Positions 18,109 through 25,748 of a stretch of DNA of 45,383 nucleotides are shown here, one piece after another. The notes below the pieces were generated by a model. It did no database searches. It was not told the origin of the DNA and was given only the letters and a program-made list of their open reading frames with translations. The position numbers were made by a program, and so were the translations under genes. Every line of letters begins with the position of its first letter. Position 1 is the stretch's first letter. This DNA is from an uncultured Desulfuromonadales bacterium (GTDB lineage: Bacteria > Desulfobacterota > Desulfuromonadia > Desulfuromonadales > CAZYXS01): positions 1 through 45,383 of the forward strand of contig CAZYXS010000005.1 of assembly GCA_964650955.1 (NCBI GenBank), read 5' to 3'.

Positions 18109-18889
18109 GGGGATCATCGACCTGAGTTATCTCGACCTGGCGGTGGTCTACGGTCTGGTGCTGCTGGTCATCGGGCTGGCGCGGCTGCGGGGCATCGGCC
18201 AGGAAAAAGACATGCTCATCGCCTCCCTGCGCATGGTCGTGCAGTTGCTGGCCCTGGGGTATGTACTGCACCTGGTCTTCGCCCTGGAGAGCGCCGCCCC
18301 CGTACTGCTGATTCTGGTGGTCATGGCCGCCTTCTCGGTGCAGGCGGTGGCGGCCCGGGTCAAGGCGCGGATGCCGAATTTCTACCGGGTCGTGGGCATC
18401 GCCATTTTCGTCGGTTGCGGCGGAGCGACCTTCTTTTTCTGCTCCCTGGTCATCGGTCTCAACCCCTGGTACGACCCCCGCTACCTCATTCCCCTGGCCG
18501 GGATGATCATCGGCAATTCCATGACCGGCGCCAGCCTGGCCGCCGAGCGTCTGGCGGCGGAGATGAAGGAGCGCCGTGACGAGATCGAAACCTTGCTCTG
18601 TCTCGGCGCCAGCGCCCGCCAGGCCGCTGCCGAAGCGGTGCGCAACGCCTACCGGGCGGCCCTCATCCCTTCCATCAACGCCATGGCAGCCATGGGTATC
18701 GTCTTCATCCCGGGCATGATGACCGGCCAGATTCTTTCCGGCACCGACCCCATCATCGCCGTCAAGTACCAGATTGCCATCATGTGTGTCATCACCGGCA
18801 GCGTGGCCGTCACCTCCCTGGTAATCCTGGTATTGGGCTACCGGGGTTATTTCACCCTCGCCCAGCAGTTGCGTCATCCCCAGGGGTGA
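18101..18889 (+). CDS. fetB: UPF0014-family ABC permease, FetB/YbbM-like (putative iron export)
   Basis: 8-nt overlap with fetA. Polytopic membrane protein whose N-terminus (IDLSYLDLA...) and GNSMTGASLA motif are typical of YbbM/FetB. Confidence 0.72.
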   Translation: MDKGIIDLSYLDLAVVYGLVLLVIGLARLRGIGQEKDMLIASLRMVVQLLALGYVLHLVFALESAAPVLLILVVMAAFSVQAVAARVKARMPNFYRVVGIAIFVGCGGATFFFCSLVIGLNPWYDPRYLIPLAGMIIGNSMTGASLAAERLAAEMKERRDEIETLLCLGASARQAAAEAVRNAYRAALIPSINAMAAMGIVFIPGMMTGQILSGTDPIIAVKYQIAIMCVITGSVAVTSLVILVLGYRGYFTLAQQLRHPQG

Positions 18890-19079
18890 AAAATTTTCGC
18901 GAATATTTGTCCCCGCAGGAATTTTTCGCCTTGTTCAAAAATTCCCCCTCCCAGGCAATCGCCCCCTTCCACTTTTAGAAGTATATTTTCTCCTGCAGGG
19001 TAAGCGGCCCCCGGAAACCGCCTTGAAATCCCTGCTAAGGTATGGAAAATATTGCAGAAAATTTTGTGAATTTTAGCTG

Positions 19080-19109
19080 TTGACAAGCTGTTCCGCCGGG
19101 GAGTATAAG
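19080..19109 (+). promoter_or_regulatory. candidate sigma-70 promoter upstream of the NdvB-like gene
   Basis: TTGACA (19080-19085), 18-nt spacer, TATAAG (19104-19109). Preceded by an AT-rich UP-like stretch. Lies about 230 nt upstream of the CDS. Confidence 0.5.
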
Positions 19110-19264
19110 ACCGCCTGGGCTCGGTCGGTTTTCCATCGCAAATTCCGCCAGTTTGGGGAATTCTAAGGGGACAGGGGGGCGAGTGGACTTTGCTCCTAAC
19201 CCTGTTGAGAATGAGACGCCGACGGGATCCCTCGCCGTCAGTTTGACATCCGGTCCCAGTTTCA

Positions 19265-19296
19265 GCCCTTCCCCTGGTGAAGGGCGTTGTCGTTTT
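19265..19296 (+). promoter_or_regulatory. terminator-like hairpin inside the leader (possible attenuator or riboswitch expression platform)
   Basis: GCCCTTC-CCCTGGT-GAAGGGC 7-bp stem, followed by GTTGTCGTTTT. Lies about 47 nt upstream of the start codon. Confidence 0.35.
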
Positions 19297-19342
19297 GGCC
19301 GAAAAAAGTTCGTTCCCCTTCTTCGGACAGGTGATGCAGAGT

Positions 19343-21997
19343 ATGCGCAAGTCGCGGGTCGCCATCGTTTGTTTGGTTGCTGCACTGGTCAACCTGGCCA
19401 TCTGGGGGGCGCTCAACCGCCCGCAGACGGCCAAACCCTACACCGGTAAAATCCTCGGGGTTTCCTACAGCCCCTTCCAGAAAGATCAAAGCCCTTTCGA
19501 GCGAAAATACCCCACCCCGGCGGAAATCGACAGTGACATGCGACTGTTGGCCGGCAAAGTCGGGCAGGTGCGTACCTATGCCTCCACCGAGGGGCAGGAA
19601 GTCATCCCCGCCTTGGCCCAGAAGCACAAACTGCGGGTAACCGCCGGCGCCTGGCTCGACAAGGACCTGCAGAAAAACGAGCGGGAAATCGCCGCCCTGG
19701 TCGCCAACGCCAGGAATTTCGACAATATCGATCGGGTCCTGGTCGGCAACGAAAGCGTCCTGCGCGCCGATCTGACCATCCCCCAGCTGCGGGAGTATGC
19801 CGAGCGGGTCCGTCATCTGACAGGGAAACCGGTCGGCACCGCCGAGCCCTGGCACGTCTGGCTGGAGCATCCGGAACTGGCCGATTCTCTCGACTTCATC
19901 GCCGTGCACCTGCTCCCCTACTGGGAAGGGGTAGAGAGCAAGCGGGCCCTGGGTTGGGCCTTGGAGTCCCTGCGGCGGGTGGAAAAAGCCCATCCCGGCA
20001 AGCCGATTATCATCGGCGAGATCGGTTGGCCCAGTGGCGGCCAGCGGTGGAAGGAGGCCAAGCCGAGCCTGGTCAGCCAGGCCCAATTCGTGCGCGAATT
20101 TCTTAACGTCGCCGAAGCCCGCAAATTCGACTATTTCATTATCGAAGCTTTCGACCAGCCCTGGAAGACCGACCTGGAAGGTCCCGCCGGAGCCCACTGG
20201 GGGGTGTTCGACAAGAACCGCGAACCCAAGTACCCCATGACCGGCGAGCTACGCGAGGTCAAAAGCTGGCCGCTGATGTACGGCTTCGCCAGCGTCCTGG
20301 CGATGGTGCCGATCCTGCTGTTCCTGCGGCATTGGACCAACCTGCGCCGCGGCGGGCAGATTTTCTTCGCCTGCCTGACCCAGCTCGCCTCTTCCATCCT
20401 GACCTGGACCCTGTTCGTCCCCTTCACCCAGGACATTACCACTGCCGGGTTGATCGTCTGGGCGCTCCTGCTTCCGGCCCAGGCCGGGCTGCTGCTGGTG
20501 GTGCTGACCAACGGCGTGGAGATGGCGGAAATGCTCTGGATCCGCAAATGGCGGCGCAAGCATCTTCCCCTCGACCCCAAACCGGATGGCTATCTGCCCA
20601 AGGTCTCCATCCATCTGGCCATCTACAACGAGCCGCCGGACCTGGTGAAGAAAACCCTCGACGGACTGGCGGCCCTGGACTACCCGGACTACGAAGTCCT
20701 GATCATCGACAACAACACCAAGAATGAAGAGGTCTGGCGGCCGGTGCAGGAGTACTGCGAACTGCTCGGCAAAAAGTTCCGCTTCTATCACTTGCCCAAG
20801 TGGCCTGGCTTCAAGGCGGGGGCTCTGAACTTCGCCCTGCGGGAGACTGACCCTGCCGCCGAGGTGGTCGGGGTGATCGACAGCGACTACCTCGTCAAGT
20901 CCGACTGGCTGCGCAGCCTGGTTCCCTATTTCGAACGTCAGGAAGTCGGCTTCGTGCAGGCTCCCCAGGACAATCGCGAATGGCAGGGGGACCTGTTCAA
21001 GACCATGATCAACTGGGAGTATAATGGCTTCTTCAATATCGGCATGGTGCATCGCAACGAGCGCAACGCCATTATCCAGCACGGCACCATGACCCTGGTG
21101 CGCCGCTCGGCCTTCGAGAAGGTCGGCCCCTGGAGCGAGTGGTGCATCTGCGAGGACGCCGAACTCGGCTTGCGCCTGTTCCACGCCGGCTACGAGAGCG
21201 TCTACGTCAACCACAACTTCGGCGAGGGAGTTACCCCCGACACCTTTGCCGGCTTCAAGACCCAGCGTTTCCGCTGGACCTACGGGGCTGTGCAGATTTT
21301 GCGGCACCACTGGCGCAAGCTGGTCCCCTGGAAGGAGACCGGCCTGACCATGGGGCAGAAGTTCCACTTCGTCACCGGTTGGCTCCCCTGGTTTACCGAC
21401 GCCCTGCATCTGCTGTTCACCTTCGCCGGAATCTTCTGGACCATGGGGATGCTGCTGTTTCCCCGGCAGTTCGAAATCCCCCTGGCGATCTTTCTCTACC
21501 CGACTCTGGGGCTGTTCGTGTTCAAGGTCTGCCATTCCATGCTGTTGTACCGGGCCAAGGTCCAGTGCAATTTCTGGCAGCGTATCGGCGCCTCCATCGC
21601 CGGCATGGGCCTGACCCACGTCATCGCACGGGCTATCTTCCTCGGCGTGTTCACCAAGAGTCAGCCCTTCCTGCGCACCCCCAAGGGGGAGAACAAACCG
21701 GCCCTGTTCCGTGGGGTGCTGATGGCCTGGGAGGAGACCCAGATCTTTCTGCTGCTGTGGCTGACCGTGCTTGCCAACTTCCTGTTCTTCGGGCCCAACC
21801 ATCCGGAGAGTTTCCTCTGGGGGTTCCTGCTCGCCATCCAGTCCATCCCCTACGGTGCCGCCCTGGCGACTTCGGTGGCCAGCAGCATGCCGACCCTGCA
21901 TATTCGCTTTCCCCGCAGCCGGCGCTACCTGCTGCGCTGGCGGCTGGCCCAGCGCCGGCGGTCCCTGGGGACGGCCGGCAACCGGGTTTCCTCCTGA
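19343..21997 (+). CDS. NdvB-like bifunctional beta-1,3-glucan synthase: N-terminal GH17 glucanase/transglycosylase domain + TM segments + GT2 glycosyltransferase
   Basis: ATG at 19343 has AGGTGA 8 nt upstream. In-frame alternatives are at 19331 and 19334. GH17 catalytic signatures VLVGNESV and IIIGEIGWPSGG. GT2 signatures LIIDNNT, VIDSDY and QRFRWTYG. Multiple TM helices. Confidence 0.85.
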   Translation: MRKSRVAIVCLVAALVNLAIWGALNRPQTAKPYTGKILGVSYSPFQKDQSPFERKYPTPAEIDSDMRLLAGKVGQVRTYASTEGQEVIPALAQKHKLRVTAGAWLDKDLQKNEREIAALVANARNFDNIDRVLVGNESVLRADLTIPQLREYAERVRHLTGKPVGTAEPWHVWLEHPELADSLDFIAVHLLPYWEGVESKRALGWALESLRRVEKAHPGKPIIIGEIGWPSGGQRWKEAKPSLVSQAQFVREFLNVAEARKFDYFIIEAFDQPWKTDLEGPAGAHWGVFDKNREPKYPMTGELREVKSWPLMYGFASVLAMVPILLFLRHWTNLRRGGQIFFACLTQLASSILTWTLFVPFTQDITTAGLIVWALLLPAQAGLLLVVLTNGVEMAEMLWIRKWRRKHLPLDPKPDGYLPKVSIHLAIYNEPPDLVKKTLDGLAALDYPDYEVLIIDNNTKNEEVWRPVQEYCELLGKKFRFYHLPKWPGFKAGALNFALRETDPAAEVVGVIDSDYLVKSDWLRSLVPYFERQEVGFVQAPQDNREWQGDLFKTMINWEYNGFFNIGMVHRNERNAIIQHGTMTLVRRSAFEKVGPWSEWCICEDAELGLRLFHAGYESVYVNHNFGEGVTPDTFAGFKTQRFRWTYGAVQILRHHWRKLVPWKETGLTMGQKFHFVTGWLPWFTDALHLLFTFAGIFWTMGMLLFPRQFEIPLAIFLYPTLGLFVFKVCHSMLLYRAKVQCNFWQRIGASIAGMGLTHVIARAIFLGVFTKSQPFLRTPKGENKPALFRGVLMAWEETQIFLLLWLTVLANFLFFGPNHPESFLWGFLLAIQSIPYGAALATSVASSMPTLHIRFPRSRRYLLRWRLAQRRRSLGTAGNRVSS

Positions 21998-22022
21998 ACT
22001 GGGAGGAAACCCGAGGCATTGG

Positions 22023-22063
22023 CAGCGGGGTGAAGCCGAGGGGCTTTGCCCCGCTGTTTTTTT
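22023..22063 (+). terminator. intrinsic terminator after the NdvB-like gene
   Basis: CAGCGGGG...CCCCGCTG outer stem with inner AAGCC/GGCTT pairing, followed by T7. Confidence 0.8.
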
Positions 22064-22180
22064 CTCGGCAGGGCTGCATTTGCCTGGCCGCAAGGGCCCG
22101 GGTTATGATGGCGACAGAGGATTGTGTCCACCGGGGTGCGTTGCCGTGTCCGCGGTGGCAAAGCTCGGAAAGGAGAACTC

Positions 22181-22537
22181 ATGCGCGTGTTGGACCGCAT
22201 TTCCTTCAACGTCAATGCCGAACTTTACGAGAACTGTTTCGGCGAACTGGCGATCCGTTTCCCCGGGGACTACGTGGTGCGTCTGGGAAGAGAGCCCAAC
22301 CGCGGTCAATTTCATCTGGATGTGATCAATAAGCTGGAAAAAGGTGAACAGCCCGGCGAATGGAGCGCCATGCCACCCCACGAACTGCTGTTCAGTCGCG
22401 ATTGGCAATGCATTGCCACTCTCGGCTACCAACATGGCGATCCCGAACGGCCGCGGGTCTGCTTCATCGCCACACCGGATCAACTCGGTGCCCAAGCCTT
22501 GGTTTACCTGGACTGGGTGTTGCCTTCCCGACATTAA
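22181..22537 (+). CDS. hypothetical protein, 118 aa
   Basis: ATG at 22181 with AGGAGA 5 nt upstream. A candidate promoter is TTGCCT (22080-22085), 18-nt spacer, TATGAT (22104-22109). No family recognised. Confidence 0.55.
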   Translation: MRVLDRISFNVNAELYENCFGELAIRFPGDYVVRLGREPNRGQFHLDVINKLEKGEQPGEWSAMPPHELLFSRDWQCIATLGYQHGDPERPRVCFIATPDQLGAQALVYLDWVLPSRH

Positions 22538-22555
22538 TCTGCGGCGATTTCCCGA

Positions 22556-22584
22556 TTGGCCGCTGGTTCGGAACGAGCTATAAT
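22556..22584 (+). promoter_or_regulatory. candidate sigma-70 promoter for the DUF4388 gene
   Basis: TTGGCC (22556-22561), 17-nt spacer, perfect TATAAT (22579-22584). Confidence 0.5.
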
Positions 22585-22616
22585 CTCTATGCTTTGGGTG
22601 AAATCATACAGGGAGG

Positions 22617-23105
22617 GTGGCGGTGGAAGCGTTTGCGGGTGAATTGAGTCGGGTGTCGCTGACCAAGGTCATGGAAGAAGTTGAATCCCGAAAGTGGACG
22701 GGAGTGCTGAAGGCCGCACGGGAGGGGGTGGAAAAGTGCTTCTTCCTGCAGAACGGGCAGGTGATTTTCGTGACGTCCAATCAGGAGGGGGAGCGCTTCG
22801 GCGAATACCTGATCCGCACCGGGTGCATCGACCTGGAACGCATGCAGACCCTGGTCGAGGAAAGCCGGCGCAAAGGGGTGCGTTTCACCTACGACCTGAT
22901 TGCCGAGAAAGTCTTTGCCCGCGAGGAGTTGGAGCGGGCTCTCGCCAACCTGGTGGTGGCCGCCTTGGCGGATGCCCTCAATTGGACCAGCGGGCAGTTC
23001 GATTTCAACCCGGAGCTGCCGCCCGCCATCATGCAGGGACCCGTGTCCATCCGTGTGGAGGGGGCACTCAATCAGGCGGTGTCCCTGATCATGGCCGAGG
23101 AATAG
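22617..23105 (+). CDS. DUF4388 (PATAN-like) domain protein
   Basis: GTG start after GGAGGG. The pattern GELSRVSL..VMEEVE....TGVL.......KCFFLQNGQVIF followed by helical repeats (LIRTGCIDLERMQTL) matches the DUF4388 architecture from memory. Confidence 0.6.
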   Translation: MAVEAFAGELSRVSLTKVMEEVESRKWTGVLKAAREGVEKCFFLQNGQVIFVTSNQEGERFGEYLIRTGCIDLERMQTLVEESRRKGVRFTYDLIAEKVFAREELERALANLVVAALADALNWTSGQFDFNPELPPAIMQGPVSIRVEGALNQAVSLIMAEE

Positions 23106-24450
23106 CTCCGGCAGGGGGTGGTCCGGCCAGAATGACCTGCAGGTCCATGACGTTGGTGTTCGTCGGCCCCGTCATCAGCAGATCCCCCAGTGCGGCAAAC
23201 AGCGGGTAGGCGTCGTTGTTGGCCAGATGCTCGCGGACATCAAGTCCGAGCCGGCGGGCCCGCTCCAGGGTGGTGCCGTCGGCCAGCGCCCCGGCGGCGT
23301 CGGTAGGGCCGTCGGTACCGTCGGTGCCCCCCGATAGAATCACCAGGTTGTCCACTCCCTCGATCCCCAGGGCAGCCGCCAGGGCAAATTCCTGGTTGCG
23401 CCCCCCCCGACCGTTCCCCCGCAGGGTGACGGTTGTCTCCCCGCCACTGAGCACGCAGGCCGGCGGCCTCACCGGCCGTCCCCCCGCGACCAGCTCCCGC
23501 CCGATCGCCGCATGCACCGCCGCCACCTCCCGGGTCTCTCCCGTCAGGGAACTGGTCAGCACCAGCGATTGGTAGCCGAGCCGGGCAGCGGCAGAAGCGG
23601 CGGCGGCAATGGAGAGGGCGTTGCTCCCCACCAGTTGCACCAGGTTCCCGGCAAAACAGCTCTCCCCCGGCTTAGGTGTCTCCTCCTCCAATCCCTGCGC
23701 GCCCCGGCGCAGATATTCCCGCACCGCCGCCGGCAGCTGTTCCTCCAGTCCGTAGCGGGCCACCACCTGCAGGGCGTCGGCGAAACTGGTCGGGTCGGGG
23801 ACGGTGGGGCCGGAGGCGATGACATCCAGAGGATCGCCGACCACGTCGGAGAGGATCAGGGTCAGCATCCGTCGTGGCGCGGCCATCCGGGCCAAACCTC
23901 CTCCCTTGATGGTCGAGAGGTGCTTGCGGACGCAGTTGATCTCCTGGATGGTCGCACCGCAGGCAAGCAGCAGACGCGTGGCGGCCAGTTTCTCTTCCAG
24001 GCTGATTCCAGGTGCCGGCGCTGGCAGCAGGGCCGAGGCACCCCCCGATATCAGGCAGAGGATCAGGTCGTCCGGGCCTGCTCCGTTCAACAGGGCCTTG
24101 ACCTCCTCTGTGGCAGCCAGGCCGTTGGCGTCGGGATAGGGGTGCCCGGCCTCCAGCAACCGCACCCGCTGCAGCGGCCAGTGGTGCCCGTATTTGGTCA
24201 CCGCCAATCCCGATCCCAGCCTTGCCCCCAACACCCCCTCCGCGGCCGCCGCCATGGGTCCCGCCGCCTTGCCCGCCGCCAACAGATGGATCCGAGCCCC
24301 GGCCGTAAGCGCCACGGTCGTAACTCCCACTCGGAGGTGGCCCTTTTCCAGTGTCAAGGCCCCACTGACCGCCTGCTGCGGGTCGGCGGCCGCCACCCCG
24401 GCGCAGAAGATCTCTCTGGCGTGTTGTTTCAGCATTTCGAGGGTCGACAT
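23089..24450 (-). CDS. glycerate 2-kinase / hydroxypyruvate reductase-like protein (DUF4147 + MOFRL)
   Basis: ATG at 24450 after GGAGCAGGAAGG. 453 aa. N-terminal LLAAGKAAGPMA and C-terminal GGETTVTLRG.GRGGRNQEFALAAA...LSGGTDGTDGPTDAAGA are typical of the family. Confidence 0.82.
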   Translation of the reverse strand: MSTLEMLKQHAREIFCAGVAAADPQQAVSGALTLEKGHLRVGVTTVALTAGARIHLLAAGKAAGPMAAAAEGVLGARLGSGLAVTKYGHHWPLQRVRLLEAGHPYPDANGLAATEEVKALLNGAGPDDLILCLISGGASALLPAPAPGISLEEKLAATRLLLACGATIQEINCVRKHLSTIKGGGLARMAAPRRMLTLILSDVVGDPLDVIASGPTVPDPTSFADALQVVARYGLEEQLPAAVREYLRRGAQGLEEETPKPGESCFAGNLVQLVGSNALSIAAAASAAARLGYQSLVLTSSLTGETREVAAVHAAIGRELVAGGRPVRPPACVLSGGETTVTLRGNGRGGRNQEFALAAALGIEGVDNLVILSGGTDGTDGPTDAAGALADGTTLERARRLGLDVREHLANNDAYPLFAALGDLLMTGPTNTNVMDLQVILAGPPPAGAIPRP

Positions 24451-24479
24451 GGGGCCTTCCTGCTCCTTGCGAAAACTCC

Positions 24480-24508
24480 TTGACATTCTATGGCAAAAAA
24501 TTAACAAT
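24480..24508 (+). promoter_or_regulatory. candidate sigma-70 promoter for the small Cys-rich ORF
   Basis: TTGACA (24480-24485), 17-nt spacer, AACAAT (24503-24508), inside an AT-rich island. Confidence 0.35.
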
Positions 24509-24537
24509 CGATAATAAAAAATTTCATAGGAGGCGGT

Positions 24538-24669
24538 ATGGAACGGGTCGTCTGTCGTGCCAAGTGCGTCTACAACAAAGGTGGACGCTGCAGTCGCAAG
24601 GTGTTCCCGGGGGAAGCCGCGGTCTGGATCGACGAAACCGGTCGGTGCAGCAACCTGCGTCCGACCTGA
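24538..24669 (+). CDS. small (43 aa) four-cysteine protein, DUF1540-like pattern; absent from the ORF track
   Basis: ATG at 24538 with AGGAGG 6-7 nt upstream. Translation is MERVVCRAKCVYNKGGRCSRKVFPGEAAVWIDETGRCSNLRPT. It has its own promoter-like element and a strong terminator. Confidence 0.55.
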   Translation: MERVVCRAKCVYNKGGRCSRKVFPGEAAVWIDETGRCSNLRPT

Positions 24670-24697
24670 AGCACTTGCCCAAGCAGTTTGCCGTCAT

Positions 24698-24725
24698 GGC
24701 CACCCTTTAGCGGGTGGCCTTTTTC
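24698..24725 (+). terminator. intrinsic terminator after the small ORF
   Basis: GGCCACCC-TTTAGC-GGGTGGCC perfect 8-bp stem, followed by TTTTTC. Confidence 0.75.
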
Positions 24726-24753
24726 GTGGTGGATGGGCCAATCAGGAATCTCA

Positions 24754-25569
24754 TCAGGCCGCCTGCTCCCCGGGAAAGCGCTGGTGGAGATGGACATCGC
24801 GCTGGGGAAAGGGGATGACGATGCCTGCGCTGTCGAAGGTCAGTTTGATCTTTTCCAGCAGGTCGAAATAGAGGTCCCAGTAATCCTCCTGCCGCGCCCA
24901 TGGGCGCACCGCCAGGTTGACACTGCTGTCCGCCAGGGCCAGAACCCCGATGCGGGGAGCCGGTTCCGGCAGCACCCGGGGGTCTTCGGCGAGGATCTCC
25001 CGCAGCAGGTCTTTGGCGCGGCCGATATCCGAGCTGTAACTGATGCCGATCACCAGGTCCAAGCGCCGGTTGGGTTGGCGGGAGAAGTTGGTGATGTTGT
25101 CATTCATCAGCTTGCCGTTGGGGACGAAGATGGTCTTGTTGTCCGGCGTCTGCAGGCGAGTGGTGAACAGGTGCAGGCCGTGGACTTCCCCCGCGACCCC
25201 GGCTCCCTCGATGTAATCCCCGGCCTTGAAGGGGCGGAACATCAGAATCATGACCCCTGCGGCCAGGTTGGACAGGGAGGACTGCAGGGCCAGGCCGATG
25301 GCGAGGCCGGCGGCGCCGAGAATGGCGATCAGGGAGGTGGTTTCAAAACCAAGCTGGGCCAGGGTTCCGATGACCACGAAGATCACCAGGGCGGTCTGCA
25401 CCAGGTTGCCGCAGAAACTGACCAGGGTCGGCTCGACGTTGCGGGCGGTCATCAATCGTCGCACCATACGGGTCAAAAACTTCGCCGTCCACATCCCGAG
25501 CAGCAGGATGACCAAGGCCCCCAGGACCTTGACGCCGTAGGTGGTCAACCATTCCTGCAGATGTGTCAT
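24754..25569 (-). CDS. small-conductance mechanosensitive channel (MscS family)
   Basis: ATG at 25569 after AGGAGG. TM3-like GAAGLAIGLALQSSLSNLAAGVMILMFRPFKAGDYI and the beta-domain NITNFS motif. Confidence 0.87.
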   Translation of the reverse strand: MTHLQEWLTTYGVKVLGALVILLLGMWTAKFLTRMVRRLMTARNVEPTLVSFCGNLVQTALVIFVVIGTLAQLGFETTSLIAILGAAGLAIGLALQSSLSNLAAGVMILMFRPFKAGDYIEGAGVAGEVHGLHLFTTRLQTPDNKTIFVPNGKLMNDNITNFSRQPNRRLDLVIGISYSSDIGRAKDLLREILAEDPRVLPEPAPRIGVLALADSSVNLAVRPWARQEDYWDLYFDLLEKIKLTFDSAGIVIPFPQRDVHLHQRFPGEQAA

Positions 25570-25748
25570 TGTCTGCCTCCTGTTTTGAAATATCCGTAAG
25601 TCCTCAAGGGTTATAGCAGAAGCGGTCGGTTCGAACAACCATCGTCCAAACGGTTTGTTGCAGTTATCTGTTGCTCCAATTCCTCGTATCGGTATGATCG
25701 ATGGGAGAGCGTATGGTCAGCCAGGGCATACTGCATGGAGGAGTTAGC

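Noticed and set aside
19211-19246. 11-codon Arg-rich mini-ORF (MRRRRDPSPSV) in the same leader.
   Set aside because: It has no convincing RBS, and an ORF this short is expected by chance.
19116-19333. Possible GEMM-type cyclic-dinucleotide riboswitch in the NdvB-like leader.
   Set aside because: I could not find the conserved GEMM-I blocks (GGCAAACC, GGGACGCAAAGCC, GGGUUACCG). Only a loose CGCAAATTCC resemblance is present. The leader is still reported as an unclassified candidate.
20249-22093. 614-aa minus-strand ORF opposite the NdvB-like gene.
   Set aside because: It is a shadow ORF. The plus-strand frame carries the GH17 and GT2 catalytic signatures and TM helices.
24480-24710. Track ORF of 76 aa (MTFYGKKLTIDNKK...).
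   Set aside because: It has no RBS and begins inside the promoter-like AT-rich island. An alternative frame gives a 43-aa ORF with a strong RBS that ends before the terminator.
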